Source of the DNA: Nitrospirota bacterium | Lineage (GTDB): Bacteria > Nitrospirota > UBA9217 | Direction: 5' to 3' | Assembly (NCBI GenBank): GCA_020052615.1 | Contig: JAGVOT010000122.1 | Location: 1-32,000 of the forward strand | DNA: 32,000 nt | Shown: positions 12,013 through 19,666 of the stretch, piece after piece | Layout of the letters: the number at the start of each line of letters is the position of its first letter | Numbering within the stretch: position 1 is the first letter of the stretch | Notes under the pieces: generated by a model | What the model was told of the DNA's origin: nothing | The model's input: only the letters and a program-made list of their open reading frames with translations | Databases searched by the model: none | Translations under genes and position numbers: made by a program

Positions 12013-12078
12013 AGGTTTTGTCCGAAAAGCCACGAAAGTCTATCAGAATATACGAAAAAAATCAAATGGTTCGCCCGA

Positions 12079-13377
12079 TCATTTGATCTGCTTGATGAAC
12101 TGCTTCAACTCAGCGTCGTTGGGAGCTATCTTGAGCGCCCTTTCCCATGTCTCGCGGGCCTTGTCCTTCTTCCCGATCGCGTAGTAGCCCGAGCCCAGGC
12201 GTTTCCAGGCGAGAATATTGTCGGGCTGAAGTTCGATGACGATCGTGCACTCCTGGATCGCAAGGTCGTATCTTCCTTCATAGATGTGGTTCAAGGCGGC
12301 AAAGAGGTACTGGTCGACGATGTTCATGTCGCCGACCGGCGCTTCCATGGTGCTCAGGATCGACACATACTTGAGCTCAAGAAAGCCTTTGACGGCGATG
12401 GTGAGCGAGGACGGGTTCAGCTGGAATGCGTACCAGGCTCCCGCCATCGAAGCCTTGCGGTTGCCGTCAGCGGCGATATAGTTGCTCATTGCTTTCCGCA
12501 TCATGTCGCCGGCCTGGCCCTTTTCATCGATCCTGAGCGCGACCTTGACGACATCGTCGAGGCGAGAGAGCATGGTCTTGACATCGATATCGGTCGGGTT
12601 GTCGGAGAGGATCTTGTTGTAATAGTCCCGCGCGATGATGTAGTCGCCCCGCTCGTAGGCCTGCCTCGCTTCGGCGTAAGTCGTTCCCATCTTCTCTTTC
12701 ACAGCGGATGCGATATAGCGCGATGCGGCTTCCTGCGACCCGTCGATCTCCAGGATCTTCCTCCATTCGGCAATGGCAAGATCGTATTTCTTTTCCTTCA
12801 TGTATGCATCTGCCTGGTCGTAATGCTTCTTGGTGCGCACATCGACGACGTTGCTCTTTGCATTGTTGTACAGACTGCGGGCCTTGCCGTCATAGGGCCG
12901 GACCACGAGGATCTTTTCCAGCTCGTTCAATGCCGACTTGTAGTCGCCATCCTTGATGAACTGCTCGGCGTGCTGGTACATCTCGTTGGTGGTCTTGTCG
13001 GTGATGAGGTTCTTGGTGATGTCGATCAGGTTCGCGAAGCGCCGGTCATCGGGGTTCATCTTCAGAAGCTTGTCCCAGACCTCGATCGCCGCCGCGTAAT
13101 TCTCGTTCTGAAAGGCCTCGGCGGCGTCCTTGCAGAAGGGCTCCATGACCTGCTGTCTGGCGATGGCCTGGTACCGGGAAGCTGTCTTGTCAAAGGGATC
13201 GATCGCCAGGATCTCGTTCAGGAGCGGGCCCGCCTGATCGAACTTGCCCTCTTTGAAAAGGACGACGACCTCTTTCTTGAGCTGTTCGATCCGTTCAAGC
13301 TGCTTCGGTGTGACAGCGTCCGCCCCGGTTGCGACGGCGAGAACGAGTATTGTGATAAGTGTAAGGAAGTTTTTCAC
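12079..13377 (-). CDS. secreted TPR-repeat protein
   Basis: 432 aa. The signal peptide is MKNFLTLITILVLAVATGADA. Repeated A..Y......Y..A...F..(I/L)L...P units run along its whole length. The GTG start overlaps the upstream stop (GTGA). Confidence 0.8.
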   Translation of the reverse strand: MKNFLTLITILVLAVATGADAVTPKQLERIEQLKKEVVVLFKEGKFDQAGPLLNEILAIDPFDKTASRYQAIARQQVMEPFCKDAAEAFQNENYAAAIEVWDKLLKMNPDDRRFANLIDITKNLITDKTTNEMYQHAEQFIKDGDYKSALNELEKILVVRPYDGKARSLYNNAKSNVVDVRTKKHYDQADAYMKEKKYDLAIAEWRKILEIDGSQEAASRYIASAVKEKMGTTYAEARQAYERGDYIIARDYYNKILSDNPTDIDVKTMLSRLDDVVKVALRIDEKGQAGDMMRKAMSNYIAADGNRKASMAGAWYAFQLNPSSLTIAVKGFLELKYVSILSTMEAPVGDMNIVDQYLFAALNHIYEGRYDLAIQECTIVIELQPDNILAWKRLGSGYYAIGKKDKARETWERALKIAPNDAELKQFIKQIK

Positions 13378-14039
13378 CCGTTTGCCCCTCTGACGATGGT
13401 GATTTCGATGCGCCGGTTCTTTGCCCGCTCTGCGTCGGTCTCGTTCGACGCAGCAGGCCTGAACTCTCCGAGCCCATGGGCGACAAGCCGCTCAGGGGCA
13501 ATGCCCTTGTTGATGAAATAGTAAATGACGCTGAAGGCCCTCGCAGACGACAGTTCCCAGTTTGAATCATACTGAGCGGTGTGTATGGGTATATTGTCCG
13601 TATGCCCTTCGGCGATGACCCTGTTGCTCATGGGTTTCAGCTGTCCGTGCAGATGTTCCAGAAAGGCCCCGATCCCCGGTTTCAGCTCGGCGCTGCCGCT
13701 GTCGAAGAGCGCAAAGCTCTCCATCTTGATCTTGATGTGGTGCGGGGTGATGACGAGCTGGATATTGTCGGTCATCCTGTTCTTTTCGATGAAGTCCCGG
13801 ATGTTCTGCGCCAGCGCGATCTCCTGTTTCATCTGCTTCACCCGCGGATCGTTCGGATTCGTCTCGGCAAGGTCGGAGAGCGCGGTCTCGTATTCCACGG
13901 AACCGGAATAGGAAAAGGCGTAGAACATGATGAAGAGGATGACCAGCGTGAGCATGAGGGTGCTGTAGGGCAGCATCCACAGCTCGGTCTCTTCCAGGTG
14001 CTCTTCGGTGTATTGTACGAACTTCCGGAGTACCGACAT
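13374..14039 (-). CDS. MotB-like protein, paralogue 2 (single TM lacking the conserved Asp; OmpA-like peptidoglycan-binding domain)
   Basis: The TM segment is LWMLPYSTLMLTLVILFIMFY. The C-terminal region is AEGHTDNIP...SNWELSSARA...NRRIEITIV. Its start shares one nucleotide with the upstream stop (TAATG). Confidence 0.82.
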   Translation of the reverse strand: MSVLRKFVQYTEEHLEETELWMLPYSTLMLTLVILFIMFYAFSYSGSVEYETALSDLAETNPNDPRVKQMKQEIALAQNIRDFIEKNRMTDNIQLVITPHHIKIKMESFALFDSGSAELKPGIGAFLEHLHGQLKPMSNRVIAEGHTDNIPIHTAQYDSNWELSSARAFSVIYYFINKGIAPERLVAHGLGEFRPAASNETDAERAKNRRIEITIVRGANG

Positions 14040-14716
14040 TACAGCGTGCTCCTCGCCTGGCGGACCAGGGTGATTTCGATGCGCCGGTTCCGGGCCCGAT
14101 TCACGTCCGAGTCGTTGGGATATGCCGGGTGGAACTCACCGTACCCTGCTGCCACGAGCTGCCCGGGGTCCATGCCGGAGGCGGTGAAAAAATTGACGAC
14201 GCCGACAGCCCGTGCGATGGACAGTTCCCAGTTGGAACGGTACGCGCCTCCGCGGACCGGGATCGCGTCCGTGTGGCCTTCGATGATGATGTCGTTGGGG
14301 AACGCCTCGATCAATCCAACGAGGCTTTCCAGGACATTGACCGTGCCGGGATTGAGCCTGGCGCTTCCGATGGAAAAGAACGTTTCGGGATTCAGGGCGA
14401 TCTTGACGGTCTTGTCCGTTACCGCGATGGTCGCCTTCCCGGAAAGTTGCCCATCCGAGGCCGCCTGCTCGATGCGCTTGATCGCCGCTTCTTCCCTTGC
14501 CATCTTCGCCTGGCGCTCCAGTTCGGCCTGCTCCCGCGCCGATTGGTTGACCACCGTGCTTTCCATGCCGGCGACCACCATCTGCTTTTCCACGGCGGTC
14601 ATGCGCGTCATGGAGAACAGCATAAGGAAGAACAGCATGAGGTTGGTCGTAATATCGGAAAAGATGATCAGCCAGATATTGCCGAACTCTTTCCTTTTTT
14701 CAGTCTGTGCATGCAT
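14039..14716 (-). CDS. MotB-like stator protein, paralogue 1 (TM with conserved Asp; OmpA-like domain)
   Basis: The TM segment is NIWLIIFSDITTNLMLFFLMLF, with Asp at the position of the MotB proton-binding Asp. The C-terminal region is IEGHTDAIP...SNWELSIARA...NRRIEITLV. Confidence 0.85.
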   Translation of the reverse strand: MHAQTEKRKEFGNIWLIIFSDITTNLMLFFLMLFSMTRMTAVEKQMVVAGMESTVVNQSAREQAELERQAKMAREEAAIKRIEQAASDGQLSGKATIAVTDKTVKIALNPETFFSIGSARLNPGTVNVLESLVGLIEAFPNDIIIEGHTDAIPVRGGAYRSNWELSIARAVGVVNFFTASGMDPGQLVAAGYGEFHPAYPNDSDVNRARNRRIEITLVRQARSTL

Positions 14717-14748
14717 GCCCGTGTCCGATCCCGTGTAGCTTCTTCCGG

Positions 14749-15519
14749 CTACTTCTGCCGAATATGCGCCATGATGAAAGCGGTCAGTTTCTTCCTCAGG
14801 ATGAGGGGGACGTCGCCCTGCTGGATCGACATGACGCCTTCAGCGATCATCTCCTTGCTGATGATGTCCCGCTCGCTGTGGTCGGTGAGCTTCGTCGCGA
14901 TCGGGATGAAGACGTTCGCCGAGAAGATCCCGTAAAAGGTCGCCGTGACGGCATTGGACATCGCGGCGCCCATGCTGGCGGGATTGGAAAGGTTCCTCAG
15001 CATTTCCACAATGCCCATGAGCGTGCCGAGAAGTCCGAAGATGGGGGCGACCGTGGCCATGGTCCGGAAGGCCCCTGAGACCTTTTGCTGATTGTGGCGG
15101 GTATAGAATATCTCGCGGCCGAGATTGTCCTTGATGACGTCGTGTTCAAGACCGTCAACGAGCATCTGGACGCCATGGACAAGGAATTTGTCCTCCATTT
15201 TCGGTATCTCGGCGGAAAGGGTCTCGATGCCGTCACGACGCGCCTTTTCGGCAAGCGAGGCAAGGTAATCGATCTTGTCCTCCATGTCCTTGTCGGAGTG
15301 CTTGCTGGGGAACAGCATGATGCGCAGGGACGGAATGATCTCCCGCACGACCGACCAGGGATAGGCTATCAGGGTAGCGCTGAACGTGCCGCCGTAGACA
15401 ATGACGAGCGCCAGGGGATTGAACAGCATGTGCAGGATGTTGCCTACCGCCAGAACATACAGGATCGTCAGCAGGATCGCGACGAGCCCGACAATTGTCA
15501 TTTTATCCATTTTTTCCAT
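14749..15519 (-). CDS. MotA/PomA-type stator channel protein
   Basis: It has a four-TM layout (two TM, a cytoplasmic loop of about 100 aa, two TM). It carries APIFGLLGTLMGIV and AVTATFYGIFSANVFIPIATKL, which include both conserved Pro positions. The ATG at 15519 lies 2 nt after the upstream stop, with GGAGG about 15 nt upstream. A TTG at 15543 is an alternative start. Confidence 0.88.
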   Translation of the reverse strand: MEKMDKMTIVGLVAILLTILYVLAVGNILHMLFNPLALVIVYGGTFSATLIAYPWSVVREIIPSLRIMLFPSKHSDKDMEDKIDYLASLAEKARRDGIETLSAEIPKMEDKFLVHGVQMLVDGLEHDVIKDNLGREIFYTRHNQQKVSGAFRTMATVAPIFGLLGTLMGIVEMLRNLSNPASMGAAMSNAVTATFYGIFSANVFIPIATKLTDHSERDIISKEMIAEGVMSIQQGDVPLILRKKLTAFIMAHIRQK

Positions 15520-15520
15520 G

Positions 15521-16942
15521 TTAGTTGTTTTCAACCTCCACAAGGCCTTCGTTGATCAGGCGGCGTACCACGACCATCAGGTTCTGTTTCTCCCGCCGGA
15601 GACGTGTTGCTGAGAGGGGACGGCTGAATTCCATCTCCTGCTTGAGCCGCTCGGCGGCACCGGCGCTCAAGGATGAGAGGACCTTCTGCTGGATGTCCTC
15701 GGAAGAGGTCTTCAGGATCTGGGCGAAGAGCGCGGCCTCGACGTTCCGGGTGAGCGTCTGGATGCCCTGTGCCGGAAGGTCGCGGATGATGTTCTCCAGG
15801 CTCCTGATGCGCTGCTTCAGGCGCGCGGCGGTGGGGGCGTCCTTCGCCTCGAGCGTCTTGACGATCTTCTCGCGGACCTCCTCGTTGGTCATATCGAGCA
15901 GCGTGACCAGCTTGTTTTCGCCGCCCACGACGTAGGTGAGCTTGTTCTTGACCATCTCTTCGAGGGCGGTAACCTTCTCGACGCTGATCTCTTCCTTGCC
16001 GAGGGATATCGCGACCTCGACCTGCTTCTCCTTCGGGAAAAGCTCGAGGAACCGCATGGCAAGGACGGGGTCAAGGTAGTTTGTCACGATCGCAATGTCC
16101 TGCGCCGCCTTGTCCTTCAGGAGGAACGCGAGGCCAGGGAGGTCGCGCTCGCGAACGAAGGAGAAGGGAAGCCCCGCTTCCTGCGCGGAGACGGCTGCGG
16201 CGGCCGCAACCGCGCTGCCTGCCATGACCTCCCGCTCATAGGTCGAGGTATGCTCCACGTTGACGGTCTGTGCCGTAGCACCTCCGCCCCGGATGGCGCT
16301 CCAGTCGATCTCCTTGAGGGCCGGGATCACTTTCTTAAGCGGATCCATCAGGAACAGTCCGGCCATGACCATCATGAAGCCGCCAACGATGGTCAGGATC
16401 AGCCACAGGAAGTTCGGAAGTGCGAAGAGCGTTCGGAAAAAGCCCTTTGATTCGAAGTCAACTTTCTTTACGTTGATCTGGTCGCCCCGGGTCTGGCTGA
16501 ATCCGATCACGTTCTTCGCCATGTCCTCGATAAGTTCCACGATCGACCCCGGAACGCTGCTGTCGATCCAGATGGAAAGGGTGATCTTGTTGACCCGGTA
16601 CTTGCTGCTCCCGGCGCCGAACAACATCTCGGACTGCCCGGCGCCGAACTCCTTCTTTTGCGGAACGCCGGGGAGCACCAGCGCGTTCGTCTTCTTTTTT
16701 TCGAGAAGCTGGTCGCTGCCGCCTCGCGCGGACACCAGCTCGGCATTCACAAAGATGACGACCTTGTCCGTACCGGTTATTTCCTGGATGACCTGTTTGA
16801 GCTTGCGTTCAAGCTGGCTCTCCAGGGAGATCTTGAGAGCATAATCATCATTTACCTCGGCGTGCGACACCGGGACGGCCGTGAGAAGAATAAACATGAC
16901 GAGAAGAAGCAGGAGTGGACTGCGAGTGATTGTTCGAACCAT
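15521..16942 (-). CDS. membrane protein fusing a shortened FliF-like periplasmic segment and TM to FliG middle and C-terminal domains
   Basis: The signal peptide or first TM is LLLLLVMFILLTAVPVSHA. The periplasmic part ends in LIEDMAKNVIGFSQTRGDQINVKKVDF followed by a TM, which resembles the remembered end of Salmonella FliF (MGFSDKRGDTLNVVNSPF plus TM2). The cytoplasmic part matches the FliG middle and C-terminal domain pattern: DIAIVTNYLDP..A..FL..FP, VVGGENKLVTLL and LSAGAAERLKQEMEF...VVVRRLINEGLVEV. Confidence 0.75.
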   Translation of the reverse strand: MVRTITRSPLLLLLVMFILLTAVPVSHAEVNDDYALKISLESQLERKLKQVIQEITGTDKVVIFVNAELVSARGGSDQLLEKKKTNALVLPGVPQKKEFGAGQSEMLFGAGSSKYRVNKITLSIWIDSSVPGSIVELIEDMAKNVIGFSQTRGDQINVKKVDFESKGFFRTLFALPNFLWLILTIVGGFMMVMAGLFLMDPLKKVIPALKEIDWSAIRGGGATAQTVNVEHTSTYEREVMAGSAVAAAAAVSAQEAGLPFSFVRERDLPGLAFLLKDKAAQDIAIVTNYLDPVLAMRFLELFPKEKQVEVAISLGKEEISVEKVTALEEMVKNKLTYVVGGENKLVTLLDMTNEEVREKIVKTLEAKDAPTAARLKQRIRSLENIIRDLPAQGIQTLTRNVEAALFAQILKTSSEDIQQKVLSSLSAGAAERLKQEMEFSRPLSATRLRREKQNLMVVVRRLINEGLVEVENN

Positions 16943-17035
16943 GTTTGTATCCCCTATTAAATTAATTATTGAAAATGGAACGATGTCGGCAAGGGCGATT
17001 GTCGATCAAGCGTCAATTTTGCAACCAGAATATCG

Positions 17036-17052
17036 ATGCAATATATGTACCT
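17036..17052 (-). promoter_or_regulatory. candidate sigma54 (-24/-12) promoter for the minus-strand array
   Basis: The minus strand reads AGGTACATATATTGCAT. This gives GG-N10-GC spacing and a perfect TTGCA -12 element, with two mismatches to TGGCAC. It lies about 95 nt upstream of the ATG at 16942. Confidence 0.4.
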
Positions 17053-17381
17053 GTAGTTTCACACTAATAATTGTTGGATGTGATATTCAAGTATGTGAAA
17101 AATAAGAATTAATTAAAAAATAATTTGCGCCTCTATGGGATTTAACAAATATTTAACCGAGCGAATGTGCTCACCCGGTGCTTGTTAGTGCTCTCTAATG
17201 TTTACGAGTAAGCGTCCCAAATTAGCACAGTGCAAGATTATTTGTAAAGTGGAATCTTGTCTTTTATTTCGAGAGTGTGTATGATATTCCGTTCAGAGAT
17301 CATGTGTCGGCTGTTCTTTGGCCAGGATTTCGGTGCTCTGTATCGTAAAATCCACCGGCAAAGATCAGCGGGAAGGGACCT

Positions 17382-19022
17382 ATGAAAAAAATAGCGATGA
17401 TCGTTATGGGTTTGTTCATTCTGTTGACCGTCGGCGGCGCAAATGCAGCGACAAGCAGGAAGGCAACTCCCAAGGACAAGGCGCCGGCAGTCAAGGACAG
17501 GAGCGCGGCGGGTGCTCCCGCAAAAGCGGAGAAGACGTCTGTGCCTCTCAACGAGCGTTATACCGACAAGGGCGACGGCACGATCCTTGACAAGAACACC
17601 GGCCTGATCTGGCTCAAAGATGCCAATATCAGCAATCTGCCCCTGCCCGGCGAGGGCGCAAAGCAGTATCTTCAGGAAATGAACAGCGGAAAAAAACCGA
17701 ATTTCGGCTACTCCGATTGGCGCCTGCCGACCATCAATGAGATCGAGACGCTCGTGGAGAAATCCCGGTTCTATCCGGCGCTTCCGGTCGGCCACCCGTT
17801 CACGAATGTGCAGAACCATTTCTACTGGTCGTCGTCGACGGGGAAAGATGTTCTCGATTACGTATGGATCGTGGACCTGGCATCGGGCGAGATGACCATG
17901 GACTATGTTTCCTATTGCAGTTACAAGTTCCTCTGGCCGGTCAGGAGCAGCTGGATGCCGACGACCGCCAAGGCGAGCACCGTCATGACCGGCGGCCTGA
18001 ACGAATTCGGCCAGCTCGGCGACGGCTCCACGGGGGACCGGGACGCATTCCTGCCGGTAAGCGGCCTGGAGAACGTGGTCAAGGTCTCCGCGGGCCTTGA
18101 ACATGCCGTGGCGCTCAAGTCAGACGGGTCTGTTTGGACGTGGGGACGGAACAACCGGGGCCAGCTGGGGAACGGCACCGTCGAAGACAGCCGGGTGCCG
18201 GTCGCTGCCAAGGACCTCTGGAGGATCACCGATGTCGCGGCGGGCATGTTCCATACGCTCGCACTTGCGTCCGATGGAACGGTCTGGGCCTGGGGGCGTA
18301 ATTCCTACGGACAGCTCGGGAACGGATCCAACGAGGACAGCATAACACCGGTGCGGGTCAGCGGTCTGTCGGGCGTCGTGAAGATCTCCGCGGGGATGTA
18401 TCACTCGGTCGCGGTCAGGTCCGACGGATCGGTCCATGCCTGGGGCAGGAACGTGTACGGTCAGCTTGGCGACGGCTCGAACAAGGACCGGAACAGTGCA
18501 GGTCAGGTTTCCGGGATATCGGGAGCCGTGAACGTCACTGCGGGGCTTCATCATACGGTGGTCCTGAGATCCGATAAGACCGTCTGGGCATGGGGCTGGA
18601 ATATCAACGGCATGCTCGGTGACGGGACGGGAACCGATCAGTTCAAGCCGGTGCAGGTCAAGGGCCTTGCCGACATCGTGGACATCCAGGCGGGACTGCA
18701 TCACACCATTGCGCTCAGGTCCGATGGGAGCGTCTGGACATGGGGGGGGAACGAATACAGCCAGCTTGGCAACAAGTCGGCAAGCGGATCAACGGCGATC
18801 AAGATCGATGGCTTGGGGAACATCAAGAAGGTATCGGCGGGAATGTACCACTCCATCGCTGTGATGACGGACGGTACGATCTGGGTATGGGGCAAGGACC
18901 TGAAGAACCAGCCGTTGAAACCCTATCCCGTACGGATATGGGATGTTGCCGGGATAAACGATGTCGCTGCCGGACGGTTCTATACGGTCGTGTTGAGCGG
19001 CGGAAAATCTGCCGTGCAGTGA
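17382..19022 (+). CDS. secreted protein with a DUF1566 (Lcl C-terminal-like) domain and seven RCC1 beta-propeller repeats
   Basis: The signal peptide is MKKIAMIVMGLFILLTVGGANA. The DUF1566 pattern is GDGTILDKNTGLIWLKD...DWRLPTINEIETLV...YWSSS...WPVRS. It is followed by repeated W(T/A)WG.N..GQLG(D/N)G units. Confidence 0.85.
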   Translation: MKKIAMIVMGLFILLTVGGANAATSRKATPKDKAPAVKDRSAAGAPAKAEKTSVPLNERYTDKGDGTILDKNTGLIWLKDANISNLPLPGEGAKQYLQEMNSGKKPNFGYSDWRLPTINEIETLVEKSRFYPALPVGHPFTNVQNHFYWSSSTGKDVLDYVWIVDLASGEMTMDYVSYCSYKFLWPVRSSWMPTTAKASTVMTGGLNEFGQLGDGSTGDRDAFLPVSGLENVVKVSAGLEHAVALKSDGSVWTWGRNNRGQLGNGTVEDSRVPVAAKDLWRITDVAAGMFHTLALASDGTVWAWGRNSYGQLGNGSNEDSITPVRVSGLSGVVKISAGMYHSVAVRSDGSVHAWGRNVYGQLGDGSNKDRNSAGQVSGISGAVNVTAGLHHTVVLRSDKTVWAWGWNINGMLGDGTGTDQFKPVQVKGLADIVDIQAGLHHTIALRSDGSVWTWGGNEYSQLGNKSASGSTAIKIDGLGNIKKVSAGMYHSIAVMTDGTIWVWGKDLKNQPLKPYPVRIWDVAGINDVAAGRFYTVVLSGGKSAVQ

Positions 19023-19033
19023 CCGAAAAAAGG

Positions 19034-19348
19034 CTATTTCTCCGCACCCTGTTTCGATTCGATCATGAATTCAAAGAGTGCCCTGCACTTTTTCAACCGC
19101 TGCAGGTAGATCTTTTTCGACGGATCATCGGATGCCTGTATTTCCGGCATCAGCTTGTCCGACCGCTCTATCAGGGAAGAAAGTTCCTTGATGCTCAACG
19201 TATCGGACCCCTGCGTTTTTGAACAGATATCGTTAAAAGAGTCCTTCCAGTTCCCGGCGGCCGAAGGCGTCGGGAACATTGCCAGTGTCAGCAGGAGCAT
19301 CACTGCCAGTCCAAGTATCATGTGTTCTGTCTTTATTTTATTTTTCAT
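19034..19348 (-). CDS. small secreted hypothetical protein
   Basis: 104 aa. There is a hydrophobic signal-like segment, ILGLAVMLLLTLAMFPTPSAA, followed by a helical charged region. No motif was recognised. Confidence 0.5.
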   Translation of the reverse strand: MKNKIKTEHMILGLAVMLLLTLAMFPTPSAAGNWKDSFNDICSKTQGSDTLSIKELSSLIERSDKLMPEIQASDDPSKKIYLQRLKKCRALFEFMIESKQGAEK

Positions 19349-19650
19349 GGCATATATTTAATCGAAAAATACATTTTCTGTCAAGAACTATATCTTTAAT
19401 TTTTCTTTTCGGTGTTCATGGTAAGGCCGCAGCTCTGCAAGAGACATATTTGACCGACCTGTCGCTTGAACCGGACATCAATTTCCCATAAGCATCTAAT
19501 GTTCGATTACCACGATAATTAGTTGTGGTGCTAAGAGCGCTTATGAACACTTTTTGAGCGTATATGCTCATTGTTTTCGTAACGCACTTTTTTTATATAA
19601 TATTAGTTCATAAAATCATGTAGTTATGCTTGATATCCCTATGTTGCAGG

Positions 19651-19666
19651 AGGCATGTTTATTGCA
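19651..19666 (+). promoter_or_regulatory. candidate sigma54 (-24/-12) promoter for the plus-strand cytochrome array
   Basis: Sequence AGGCATGTTTATTGCA. This gives GG-N10-GC spacing and a perfect TTGCA, with two mismatches to TGGCAC. It lies 58 nt upstream of the ATG at 19724. An IHF-like AATCAT-N4-TTA site is at 19614-19626. Confidence 0.5.

Noticed and set aside
8448-12184. Plus-strand ORFs overlapping the cytochrome genes (8448-9446, 9437-10246, 10537-11109, 11119-11985).
   Set aside because: They lie antisense to genes with 6, 6 and 19 CXXCH motifs and signal peptides. They have no recognisable domains, and their 'CH' codon complements give low-complexity V/A/G-rich strings.
12286-14935. 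Plus-strand ORFs of 411, 385 and 268 aa opposite the TPR and MotB genes.
   Set aside because: They are shadow ORFs, because the minus-strand frames carry clear TPR and MotB/OmpA signatures with coupled starts and stops.
12079-16942. Interpreting the MotA/MotB/TPR genes as a Tol-Pal cluster, a Zorya defence system or a fragment of a normal flagellar operon.
   Set aside because: Tol-Pal would have a three-TM TolQ, TolR, TolA, TolB and Pal, with no FliG domain. Zorya needs a ZorA with a long C-terminal tail plus ZorC/ZorD, which are absent. A flagellar operon would carry fliH/I/J, fliM/N or export genes next to separate full-length fliF and fliG genes.
17238-18104. A 288-aa minus-strand ORF overlapping the RCC1 gene start.
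   Set aside because: It lies antisense to a gene with a signal peptide and DUF1566 and RCC1 repeats, and it has no motifs of its own.
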